DNA from: an uncultured Acidobacteriota bacterium
GTDB taxonomy: Bacteria; Acidobacteriota; Thermoanaerobaculia; Multivoradales; UBA5704
Length of the DNA stretch: 64,000 nucleotides
Assembly: GCA_963700145.1 (NCBI GenBank)
Contig: OY969474.1
Coordinates: forward strand, 2,528,001-2,592,000
Direction of reading: 5' to 3'
Under the pieces are notes generated by a model. That model was not told the DNA's origin and ran no database searches. It was given only the letters and a program-made list of their open reading frames with translations. Numbering within the stretch: the first letter of the stretch is position 1; the number at the start of each line of letters is the position of its first letter. Made by a program: the position numbers and the translations under genes. This document shows, in pieces, positions 1 through 8,367 of the stretch.

Positions 1-2
1 TG

Positions 3-185
3 TCGCTGATGACGCGCGAGCTCAACGAGAAGCTCCTGCCCGCGATCCCCGAGCTGGCCGGGAAGGAGCCGCGGGTCAACTGCACGACCTGCCATCGGGG
101 TCAAGAGAAGCCGGCGCTCTCGCTCGAGGAGGAGCCCGCCGTGAGACCGCCGGCGGGCGTGGGAAGGGGCGTACCCGGAAGGTAG
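3..185 (+). CDS. C-terminal fragment of a c-type cytochrome (photosynthetic reaction-centre cytochrome c-like family)
   Basis: Frame from nt 3 reads SLMTRELNEK...RVNCTTCHRGQEKP to TAG at 183-185; CxxCH motif; 5' end is outside the window. Confidence 0.7.
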   Translation, partial: SLMTRELNEKLLPAIPELAGKEPRVNCTTCHRGQEKPALSLEEEPAVRPPAGVGRGVPGR

Positions 186-212
186 GATTCAGGCATCCAA
201 GGGAGATCCGCC

Positions 213-932
213 ATGTCCGAAGGCACCGGGAGGTCGGTCCTGTGGTGGCTGTGCCTTTTCTTTTCGCCGCTGGTCCTGCTGGTCATCGAGCTGTTCCACC
301 CCGCGGGGTTCACGACGGACCCCGGGATGTTCGCCTACCTCTCCCAGCCCGAGGCCCACAGCCCGCAGCACGGGGCGTTGGCGTACTTCGGGCCGCGGTG
401 GTGGTTCACGCTTCACATGATCCAGACGGTGCTGATGGGCTTGGTGGCGGTCGGGCTCTGGCTGCTGGTGGACAGCTTCGGGCCGAGCGACCGGCGGCCG
501 GCCGGGATCCTCGCCTGGCTCTCCCGCGTCGCGGCGTTCGTCTTCCTCATCTACTACACGGCGCTCGACTCGATCGGCGGCAGCGGTCTCGGGCGCACCA
601 TCGAGCACACGCTGGCCATGAACCTGCCGCCCGACCAGCTCGCGGCGGTGGCGGCCGTCCTCGACGCCACCTGGACCGACCCCTGGGTTGGCGGCGTGGG
701 CTCCTTCATCAGCGAGACCGGCTCCTGGGCGGTCTTCATCGCCGCGCTGGCCGCCGCCGGGGCCCTCTTCGCGGCGAAGAAGGCGCCCTGGCCGCCGCTC
801 GTCCTGCTCGTCGCCTTCGGCTGGGAGCTGCAGGTCAGCCACGCCGCCCCGCACGGGCCGATCGCCTTCGCTCTCCTGCTGGTCGCGGCGTTCTGGCTCT
901 GGTGGGCGTGGCGGCGGCGGGTGGAGACGTAG
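213..932 (+). CDS. Polytopic membrane protein of unknown function
   Basis: 239 aa, about 6 hydrophobic segments, GGGAG RBS upstream. Confidence 0.75.
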   Translation: MSEGTGRSVLWWLCLFFSPLVLLVIELFHPAGFTTDPGMFAYLSQPEAHSPQHGALAYFGPRWWFTLHMIQTVLMGLVAVGLWLLVDSFGPSDRRPAGILAWLSRVAAFVFLIYYTALDSIGGSGLGRTIEHTLAMNLPPDQLAAVAAVLDATWTDPWVGGVGSFISETGSWAVFIAALAAAGALFAAKKAPWPPLVLLVAFGWELQVSHAAPHGPIAFALLLVAAFWLWWAWRRRVET

Positions 933-1129
933 GCTTACACGAACCCGACGGTTCAGCCCGGCCCGCCACTTCAGCACCGTTTGCCCTCCCCGCGGTTGCA
1001 CCGCTTCCTATAGCGGACGGTGCTGCCGCGCCGCCGACAACACCTGCTTCGGAAAAGTGTCTCTAGGAGCGGAGTCGCCACAGGCGACCGAGCTCTGTCC
1101 TGCGGGTGTCGACAGAAAGGGAGGTTTCG

Positions 1130-1579
1130 ATGACTGGCTCTGAGAAGTTCACTTGGGGTGTTGTGCTGAGCGTCGGAGGGTCGGTTGCGCTTTTCGGCGG
1201 GATCCTGTTGTCGATGACGCTCATCGGGGCGTGCCTGGGAGTCCCGATGGCCGTGGCCGGCCTTCCACTCATGATCTGGGGAGCCGTCTGGGCGTATCAG
1301 GGTCGCTTCGAAAAGGCGCAAGAGGTCATCAGCGCCGGGATTCGAGAAGGTCTCTCCGCTGCACAGACTGCGAGCTTGCAGCCGGCTCCCAGGGTCGCAG
1401 TGGCTGTAAGCGGTAGGCCGGCAGAACTCGCCCCGGCAGCACTGAGCCTCGAAGGTTCGATCTCTGCAGAACCTTCCTTTTCGGAATCGGGCGAGGCGCA
1501 AGATAGGGAAGGAACAACTCCGGAAACTCCATCAGCACGGAAAACCGCAGAAGAGGACCAGCATTCAGGGGATGGCTAG
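1130..1579 (+). CDS. Hypothetical membrane protein (two TM helices and a disordered acidic tail)
   Basis: AAGGGAGG RBS before ATG 1130; hydrophobic N-half; GC lower than neighbours. Confidence 0.6.
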   Translation: MTGSEKFTWGVVLSVGGSVALFGGILLSMTLIGACLGVPMAVAGLPLMIWGAVWAYQGRFEKAQEVISAGIREGLSAAQTASLQPAPRVAVAVSGRPAELAPAALSLEGSISAEPSFSESGEAQDREGTTPETPSARKTAEEDQHSGDG

Positions 1580-2277
1580 GTCTCGGGACCCCTGCCGCCG
1601 TGTGCGGGGAGGGGCCGGTCGCCTGCCCGCAGCAGCCCGAGCTCCAGGGCCTGGAGGACGGCCTGCGTGCGGTCGCGCGCGCCGAGCTTGCCGAGGATGC
1701 TCGAGATGTGGACCTTGACGGTGCCCTCGGCGGTGCCCAGGGCCTCGGCGATCTCGCGGTTGGTGTAGGCCGCGGCGAGGAGGCGCAGGACCTCCGTCTC
1801 GCGCCGGGTCAGCGGCTCGACGGCGGCGGCCGCCGGCGCCGGCAGGGTGCCGCGGGCCGCTTCCAGACCGCGCAGCAGCGAGTCGGTCAGGGCCGGCTGA
1901 AAGTAGCTCCGGCCGGCCGCGAGCGCGCCGATCGCCTCGGCGAGCTGCGCCAGCGAGACGTCCTTGCGCAGGAACCCGCGCGCCCCCTCGCGGATCGCGG
2001 CCAGGACCAGCTCGCGGTCGTCGAAGGTCGTGAGGACCAGGCATGGCGGGGCCGCGGGGCGCTCGCGCAACGCGCGCAGCACGCCGAGGCCGTCGAGGCG
2101 CGGCATGCGGACGTCGAGCAGCACGACGTCCGGCGCGGTCTCGGCGATGCGCGCCAGGGCTTCCTCGCCGTCGCGCGCCTCGGCGGCGACCTCGAAGCGG
2201 TCGTCGAGCTCGAGGAGCTTGCGGATGCCCTGCCGCACCAGGGTCTCGTCCTCGACCAGGCAGACGCGGACCTTCAC
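1576..2277 (-). CDS. NarL/LuxR-family response regulator
   Basis: REC domain (LVEDE, LLDVRMP, LTTF) plus LuxR HTH (LTRRETEVL...TVKVHISSILGKL). Confidence 0.95.
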   Translation of the reverse strand: MKVRVCLVEDETLVRQGIRKLLELDDRFEVAAEARDGEEALARIAETAPDVVLLDVRMPRLDGLGVLRALRERPAAPPCLVLTTFDDRELVLAAIREGARGFLRKDVSLAQLAEAIGALAAGRSYFQPALTDSLLRGLEAARGTLPAPAAAAVEPLTRRETEVLRLLAAAYTNREIAEALGTAEGTVKVHISSILGKLGARDRTQAVLQALELGLLRAGDRPLPAHGGRGPET

Positions 2278-3392
2278 GGCGCCCGCCGCTCGGGCACCTG
2301 TGCCGTCACCGTGAATCCCCGTCCCGGGCCGGTCTCGACGGTGAGCCGCCCGCCGGCCTGCTCGAGCCGCTCGCGCATGCCGGTGAGCCCGCGCCCCGGC
2401 TGAAAGCCGTTCGCGCCGCGCCCGTCGTCGCGGCCGCGCAGCTCGATCGCCTCGCCGTCCCGCACCAGCGCCAGCCAGAGGTTCTCGGCCCCGGCGTGCT
2501 TGGCGGCGTTGGTGACGATCTCCTGGCTGCAGCGCAGCAGCAGGTGCGCCAGCTCGGCGTCGCCGGCGGCGAAGTCCTCGGGCACCTCCAGGTGGACGCG
2601 CGGGCGCGGCATCTCGGCGGCCAGCGTCGCGAGCGCCCGGCGCAGGTCGAGCCCCTCGTCGCGGCCGAGCGTCCCCACGATCTCGCCGACGTCGGTGAGC
2701 AGGAGCTTGGCGAGCGACTGGGCGAGCCGCACCTGCTCGCGGGCCGGGCCCGCGGTCTGATGGGCGGCGACCTCGAGGTTGAGGCTCAGGGCCACCAGGT
2801 GATGGCCGATGGCGTCGTGCAGCTCGCGGGCGATGCGCAGCCGCTCGGCAACCCGGGTGGTGTGCGCCAGTGCCTCGCGCGCCGCGCGCAGCTCGGCGTT
2901 GAGCAACGCCAGCTCGGCACGGCCGCGGGCCTCGCGGGCGAGCAGGCCGAAGGCGAGGAACGCCAGCACCTGGAAGCCGAGGTAGGGCGGGGTGAGGAGC
3001 AGCGCCGGGCGCGGCGACCAGTGGTAGCCGATCGCCAGGGCGAGGACGAGCGACTGGGCGGCGATCCAGGCGAGCCCAGCGCCGCGGCCGGCGAGCCCGC
3101 CGAGCTGCATGGCGACGAGCACCAGGAGCGCGCCCTCGAAGCCGTTGCAGAGGGTGAGGACGAGGGCGACGACACAGGCCCCCTGCACGAGGAGGAGCGC
3201 CAGCGCCGTCCGCCGCGAGAGCCGCGCCCCGCTCGTCCCGGCCCAGAACGCGGCGGCGAAGAGGAGGTAGGCCACGGTCCAGACGAGGAGGCGGACGGCG
3301 CTGTCGGCCCCCTGCGCCAGCACCGGCAGCCCGACCATCAGCCAGGCGGCGAGGCCGCCCCAGCGCAGCAGGCGGGCGTGCTCGGGGGACAT
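2274..3392 (-). CDS. HisKA_3 (DesK/NarX-like) membrane sensor histidine kinase
   Basis: ERLRIARELHDAIGH H-box, EIVTNAAKH N-box, DDGRG and GLTGMRER; about 5 TMs; start at MSPEH (3392). Confidence 0.93.
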   Translation of the reverse strand: MSPEHARLLRWGGLAAWLMVGLPVLAQGADSAVRLLVWTVAYLLFAAAFWAGTSGARLSRRTALALLLVQGACVVALVLTLCNGFEGALLVLVAMQLGGLAGRGAGLAWIAAQSLVLALAIGYHWSPRPALLLTPPYLGFQVLAFLAFGLLAREARGRAELALLNAELRAAREALAHTTRVAERLRIARELHDAIGHHLVALSLNLEVAAHQTAGPAREQVRLAQSLAKLLLTDVGEIVGTLGRDEGLDLRRALATLAAEMPRPRVHLEVPEDFAAGDAELAHLLLRCSQEIVTNAAKHAGAENLWLALVRDGEAIELRGRDDGRGANGFQPGRGLTGMRERLEQAGGRLTVETGPGRGFTVTAQVPERRAP

Positions 3393-3548
3393 CCTCCGAT
3401 GATACGCGCCGCCCCCGGGGACGCTCGTATGCCGGAAGTCGTAGACGGCGCCTAGGGCCGGCGGCGGATGCGGCGGCGCCGGCCGCGGTCTACGATCCTC
3501 CTCGGACGCCGCCGAGCCCTCGGCCGCGTCCCGACACGGAGGCAAACG

Positions 3549-4058
3549 ATGAACCCGTCCCGCAGAGAGCTGTTCCAAGGCGCCGCGGTCGCCGCCGCCG
3601 GCGCGCTCCTCGCCCGGCCCGCCATGCTCCTCGCCCAATCGTCGCCGCCGAAGGCCGCCCCGGACCGCGGGCCGGCGCTCGACAAGGAGATGGTGCGCGA
3701 GTTCGTGGTCGCGGCGCACACCAACCTCGCGCGGACGAAGGAGATGCTCGAGCCGCAGCCGGCGCTGGTCAACGCCACCTGGGACTGGGGGGGCGGAGAC
3801 TGGGAGACCGGCCTGGGCGGCGCCTCGCACATGGGCAGCAAGGAGATCGCCGAGTATCTGCTGGGGAAGGGCGCGCGGATGGACGTCTTCTGCGCCGCCA
3901 TGCTCGGCCGGATCGAGATCGTCAAGGCGTTCCTGGCCGCCGATCCGCAGGTCGTCCACCTGCGCGGCCCGCACGGCATCCCGCTGGTGCGCCACGCCGT
4001 GGCCGGCGGGCAGCAGGCAGTGGTGGACCTGCTCGTCGCGGCCGGCGCGAAGGTCTAG
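3549..4058 (+). CDS. Tat-exported ankyrin-repeat protein
   Basis: SRRELF twin-arginine signal; ankyrin-like repeats (EIAEYLLGKGA, VVDLLVAAGA). Confidence 0.8.
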   Translation: MNPSRRELFQGAAVAAAGALLARPAMLLAQSSPPKAAPDRGPALDKEMVREFVVAAHTNLARTKEMLEPQPALVNATWDWGGGDWETGLGGASHMGSKEIAEYLLGKGARMDVFCAAMLGRIEIVKAFLAADPQVVHLRGPHGIPLVRHAVAGGQQAVVDLLVAAGAKV

Positions 4059-4696
4059 GTCAGGCTCTCGACGTCCGCCCGCAGCCGCTCCATCGCCTCG
4101 TCGTCGAAGGCGTCGTAGTAGCCGCGGATGCGGCCTTCGCCGTCCACCAGGACGAAGCGGTTGCTGTGGAGGATCGGCTCCTGGGGCGACGCCGTCCCCG
4201 GCGGCGGCGACGGCTCGACCGCGAGCAGGAAGCCCTCGCGCACCAGCGGGTAGACCTCGGCGGCCGGGCCGCTCAGGAAGAGCCAGTCGTCGGGCGCGGC
4301 GTAGCGCTCGGCGTAGCGCGCCAGCACCTGCGGCGTGTCGTGCTCCGGGTCGACCGTGAAGCTGACCCGGCGGAACGGCGGCTCCTCCCGCCCGCGGCCC
4401 AGGTCCGCCATCCGCTCGGTCATCAGCGGACAGGACAGCGCGCAGCGGGTGAAGACGAAGTCGGCCACCCAGGGGCGGCCGGCGAGATCGGCGCGGGTGA
4501 CCGTGCTGCCGTCGCGGTTGGTGAGCGCGAAGTCCGGCACCTGCCCGAGCACGGGCGGCGGCGCGGCCTTCTGCCCGCCCGCCAGCCGGCTCCACACCGC
4601 CGCGCCGCCGATCCCCACCAACGCCAGCACCAGCACCCCCCAGAGGACGAGCCGCTGGAAACGGCGCGCCGATGCCGGCGCGGGCGCGACGCTCAA
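4055..4696 (-). CDS. SCO1/SenC copper chaperone
   Basis: FVFTRCALSCP (CxxxC), TVDPEHDT, ILHS; TTG start overlaps upstream stop. Confidence 0.92.
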   Translation of the reverse strand: MSVAPAPASARRFQRLVLWGVLVLALVGIGGAAVWSRLAGGQKAAPPPVLGQVPDFALTNRDGSTVTRADLAGRPWVADFVFTRCALSCPLMTERMADLGRGREEPPFRRVSFTVDPEHDTPQVLARYAERYAAPDDWLFLSGPAAEVYPLVREGFLLAVEPSPPPGTASPQEPILHSNRFVLVDGEGRIRGYYDAFDDEAMERLRADVESLT

Positions 4697-5520
4697 TCGA
4701 CCCTCGCGCCGCGGCTGGCGAGGAGCGCGGCGAGGAAGCCGGCGATGGCCACCAGCGCGGTCGCCGCGAGCGCTGTACCGAAGGGCGGCAGCGCCGGCCC
4801 GAGGAGCGTGCCGTCGGGGTAGAGGGCGCGGCGCAGCGCGGCGACGCCGTAGGTCATCGGGTTGACGCGCATCAGCGCCGCCAGCCACCGCGGCGCGCCG
4901 TCGAGCGGGAAGAACGCCCCCGAGAGCAGCCACATCGGCACCAGCAGCAGGTTCATCACCGCGTGGAAGCCCTGCACCGAATCCACCCGCCAGGCGAAGG
5001 CCAGGCCGACGCCGGCGAGGCCGAGCGCCAAAAGCGCGAGGACCCCCGCCGCCGCCAGCGCCGAGCGCAACGTCAGCGCCACGCCGGCGAACGGGGCGAG
5101 CGCCAGGAACGGCAGCCCCTGCAGCCAGGCGAGCGCGGCGCCGCCCAGGACCTTGCCGCCGACGATCGCGGCGCGCGGCACCGGCGCCACCAGCACGCCC
5201 TGCAGGAACCCCTGGGCGCGGTCCTCGATCGTCGAGATGGTGGCGAAGATGGCGGCGAAGAGGACGACCAGCGCGACCGTGCCGGGGAAGAAGTACTCGC
5301 GGTAGTCGAGGCCGGCCGGGCCGCCGGGGAGGCGGAAGGAGCTCGAGAGGCCGCTGCCGATGAGCAGCCAGAAGAGAAGCGGCGAGCCGGCCGCGCCGGC
5401 GATCCGCCAGGGCTGGCGGAAGAAGCGCACGACCTCGCGGCGGGCGAGGGTGGCGGTGGCGAGGAGCGCCGAGGGGCTGCCCGGCGCCGTCGCGGCACCA
5501 GCCGCCGCCACCGCGCTCAC
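4693..5520 (-). CDS. ABC-2 type exporter permease
   Basis: Six TMs, FFPGTVA, LSGAFFP, NPMTYGV; GTG start at 5520. Confidence 0.9.
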   Translation of the reverse strand: MSAVAAAGAATAPGSPSALLATATLARREVVRFFRQPWRIAGAAGSPLLFWLLIGSGLSSSFRLPGGPAGLDYREYFFPGTVALVVLFAAIFATISTIEDRAQGFLQGVLVAPVPRAAIVGGKVLGGAALAWLQGLPFLALAPFAGVALTLRSALAAAGVLALLALGLAGVGLAFAWRVDSVQGFHAVMNLLLVPMWLLSGAFFPLDGAPRWLAALMRVNPMTYGVAALRRALYPDGTLLGPALPPFGTALAATALVAIAGFLAALLASRGARVD

Positions 5521-6470
5521 CGCCGCTCCTCGGCGTAGAGAGGATGACCGGTGCGCTGGAGGAAGACGTCCTCCAGCGTCGGCCGCGCCACCGTCACCGC
5601 CGCGAGCCGGCCGGGGAAGGCCTCGGCCAGGCGCGGCACCAGCTCGTGGGCGCGCTCCCGCTCGAGGCGCACCTGCCGGCCGCCGGGCCCGTCGGCGACG
5701 CGCGGCGCCAGCTCCGGGAAGCGGGCGGCGAGCTCCGCCGCCAGGCCCTCGGGGTCGTCGGCGCCCAGGGTCACCACGTCGCCTCCGATCCCCTCCTTGA
5801 GCGCCGCCGGCGCCCCTTCGGCGATGATGGCGCCGCTGTCGAGGAGCGCCAGCCGGTCGCAGCGGTCCGCCTCGTCCATGTGGTGCGTCGTCAGCAGCAC
5901 CGTCACGCCGGCGCTGCGCAGGCCGGCGAGGACGTCCCAGAGGTCGCGCCGCGCGCCGGGGTCGAGGCCGCTCGACGGCTCGTCGAGCAGCAGGAGCCGC
6001 GGCGCGTGGAGGAGGGCCTTGGCGATCTCCAGCCGCCGGCGCAGGCCGCCGGAGAGGGTCGCCGCGCGCTCCCCCGCCCGCTCGGCGAGGCCGAAGCGGG
6101 CGAGCTGCTCGCCGGCCCGCCGCGCCAGCTCGCCGCCGGCGAGGCCGTGCAGCCACCCCTGGTGGAGGAGGTTCTCGCGCACCGTGAGCTGGAGGTCGAG
6201 GCTCGGCGCCTGGAAGACGACGCCGAGGAGGCGCCGCACGGCCGCCGGCGCGGCCGCGACATCGTGACCGAAGACGCGCAGGGCGCCGCGCGCCGGGCGC
6301 GCGAGGGTGGCCAGGATGCGGAAGAGGGTCGTCTTGCCACCGCCGTTGGGGCCGAGGAAGCCGTAGACCTCCCCCGGCGCCACGCTGAAGGAGACGCCGC
6401 GCAGCGCCGGGCGGTCGCGGTAGGAGAACTCGAGCCCGGAGGCTTCGACCGCGGCGGTCTCGGCGGTCAC
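5517..6470 (-). CDS. ABC transporter ATP-binding protein (DrrA-like)
   Basis: GPNGGGKTT, LSGG, LLLLDEP, TTH, PTLEDVF. Confidence 0.95.
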   Translation of the reverse strand: MTAETAAVEASGLEFSYRDRPALRGVSFSVAPGEVYGFLGPNGGGKTTLFRILATLARPARGALRVFGHDVAAAPAAVRRLLGVVFQAPSLDLQLTVRENLLHQGWLHGLAGGELARRAGEQLARFGLAERAGERAATLSGGLRRRLEIAKALLHAPRLLLLDEPSSGLDPGARRDLWDVLAGLRSAGVTVLLTTHHMDEADRCDRLALLDSGAIIAEGAPAALKEGIGGDVVTLGADDPEGLAAELAARFPELAPRVADGPGGRQVRLERERAHELVPRLAEAFPGRLAAVTVARPTLEDVFLQRTGHPLYAEERR

Positions 6471-7369
6471 GCCAGGCCGTCGACCAGCATGACCGCGAGC
6501 AGCGCCGGCAGGTAGAGGATCGAGGCGAGCATCAGCCGGCGGGCGGCCGGCGTCGAGCGCCGGCGCGCGAAGTCGACGCCGAACCCGAGGTAGGCGAGGC
6601 CCAGCACGAGAGCGCCGAGAAAGTAAGGCGCGCCGAGCAGCCCCTGCACCGCCGGCAGCAGCGAGATCGGCACCAGCGCCGCGCCGTAGAGGAGCACCTG
6701 GCGGGCGGTGCGCGTCCCCTCCGGGTCGTGGACCGTGAGCATCGGCAGGCCGGCGCTGGCGTAGTCGGCGCGGCAGAGCCAGGCGATCGCGAGGAAGTGC
6801 GGCATCTGCCAGAGGAAGAGGATGCCGAAGAGCGCCCAGGCGGCGGGGTCCAGCCCGTCGCGCACCGCCGCCCAGCCCATGAGCGGCGGGATGGCGCCGG
6901 GCACCGCCCCGACCACGGTGTTGAGCGAGCTCACCCGCTTGAGCGGCGTGTAGGCGAAGACGTAGCCCGCGAGGGCGAGGGCGCCGAGGAGAGCGGTCAG
7001 CAGGTTCACCGCCAGCGCCAGCTCGAGGAGCCCGGCGACGGCGAGCCCGACGCCGAAGAGGAGCGCGAGGTCGGGGTCGAGCCGCCCGGCCGGGAGCGGC
7101 CGCTCGGCGGTGCGCCGCATGCGCGCGTCCACCTCCCGCTCGAGGACGTGGTTGAGCGCCGAGGCGCCGGCCGAGACGAGGCCGGTGCCGACCAGGGTGT
7201 GGACGAGGAGGAGCCAAGGGAGGCGGGCGTCGCCGCGCGCCAAGAGGAACCCGAGGCCGGCGGTGAGGACGACCATCAGGGTGATCCCCGGCTTGGTCAG
7301 CTCGACCAGGTCGGCGAAGCGGACGGCGGCCAGCGGCCGCGCGCCGGCGGGAGCGGCGTCGGCCTTCAC
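6467..7369 (-). CDS. ctaB: Protoheme IX farnesyltransferase (heme O synthase)
   Basis: LTKPGIT, LNHVLEREVDARMRRTAERPLP, YTPLKR, WQMPHF. Confidence 0.95.
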   Translation of the reverse strand: MKADAAPAGARPLAAVRFADLVELTKPGITLMVVLTAGLGFLLARGDARLPWLLLVHTLVGTGLVSAGASALNHVLEREVDARMRRTAERPLPAGRLDPDLALLFGVGLAVAGLLELALAVNLLTALLGALALAGYVFAYTPLKRVSSLNTVVGAVPGAIPPLMGWAAVRDGLDPAAWALFGILFLWQMPHFLAIAWLCRADYASAGLPMLTVHDPEGTRTARQVLLYGAALVPISLLPAVQGLLGAPYFLGALVLGLAYLGFGVDFARRRSTPAARRLMLASILYLPALLAVMLVDGLA

Positions 7370-8307
7370 GCGGCGACCTCCTGCGCGGCGGCGGCCCGCG
7401 GCAGGGCGGCCGGCGCGCCGGCGCGCCGCGCCTCGAGGGCCAGGACCAGGCAGGTTCCGAGCAGCACCGCCCCCGTCGCGACGTGCAAGGTGTTGGGGAG
7501 GACGGCTTTCTGAGTGAGGACGACGGAGGCGCCGAGGACGATCTGCGTGGCGAGCACGACCAACGCGCTCAACGCCGGGACGATCAGCGCGCGCTCGCCG
7601 CGGTGCGCACGCAGGACGCGCGTCGCCGTCGTCCCCACGGCGACGGTCACGAGCAGCGCCCCGACCCGGTGCAGGTAGTGGACGCCGATGCCGAAGCTCC
7701 AGTGCGGCGGCACCAGCCCGCCGAAGATGTCCGGGAAGGTGGGGATCGCGAGCCCGGCGCCCGAGTGGCGCATCACCGCGCCGACGAGGATCTGCACGTA
7801 GACGAGGGCCACGGTCCACGTCGCCAGGCGCCGCAGCCGGTCGTCGCCCTCGCCTGAAGCTCCTCCGCCCGCTCGCCACCGCGCGGACGTCACCACCGCC
7901 AGCGCGACGACGAGACAGAGGAAGGCCTGCGCCAGCGCCGCGTGCGAGATCGACACCGCCGGCGGCAGGAAGAGGCGGACCGTGAGGCCGCCGAGGAGCG
8001 CCTGCGCCACCACCGCCGCGAAGGCCGTCCAGGCCAGGCGGCGCACCCAGCGGCGCGGCTCCACCCGCTGCGTCCAGAGCGCCAGCGCCAGGGTCAGGAG
8101 GCCGACCGTGCCGGCGATCAGCCGGTGGCCGTGCTCGGCGCGGACGGTGTCGATCTGCCACCAGCGCGGCGGGTTGAAGCCGCCGTAGGAGGTCGGCCAG
8201 TCGGGCACCGAGAGCCCCGCCTCCTTGCTCTTGACCAGCCCGCCGGCGGCGATCAGCAACACGACGGCGCAGGCCAGGAAGACGGCGAAGCGGTGGAGCT
8301 GCGTCAT
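7366..8307 (-). CDS. ctaA: Heme A synthase (CtaA/COX15)
   Basis: AGLSVPDWPTS, EHGHR, HYLHR, NTLHV; about 8 TMs; adjacent to ctaB. Confidence 0.88.
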   Translation of the reverse strand: MTQLHRFAVFLACAVVLLIAAGGLVKSKEAGLSVPDWPTSYGGFNPPRWWQIDTVRAEHGHRLIAGTVGLLTLALALWTQRVEPRRWVRRLAWTAFAAVVAQALLGGLTVRLFLPPAVSISHAALAQAFLCLVVALAVVTSARWRAGGGASGEGDDRLRRLATWTVALVYVQILVGAVMRHSGAGLAIPTFPDIFGGLVPPHWSFGIGVHYLHRVGALLVTVAVGTTATRVLRAHRGERALIVPALSALVVLATQIVLGASVVLTQKAVLPNTLHVATGAVLLGTCLVLALEARRAGAPAALPRAAAAQEVAA

Positions 8308-8367
8308 GCGGGATGGGATGGGGACGACCTTCAAAGGCCGCCGGGAGTGTAGCGGAATTGGCGGCCG

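Noticed and set aside
3-185. Evidence of phototrophy from the PufC-like fragment and b6-type cytochrome
   Set aside because: Both families occur in non-phototrophs; no bch, puf or psc genes in the window
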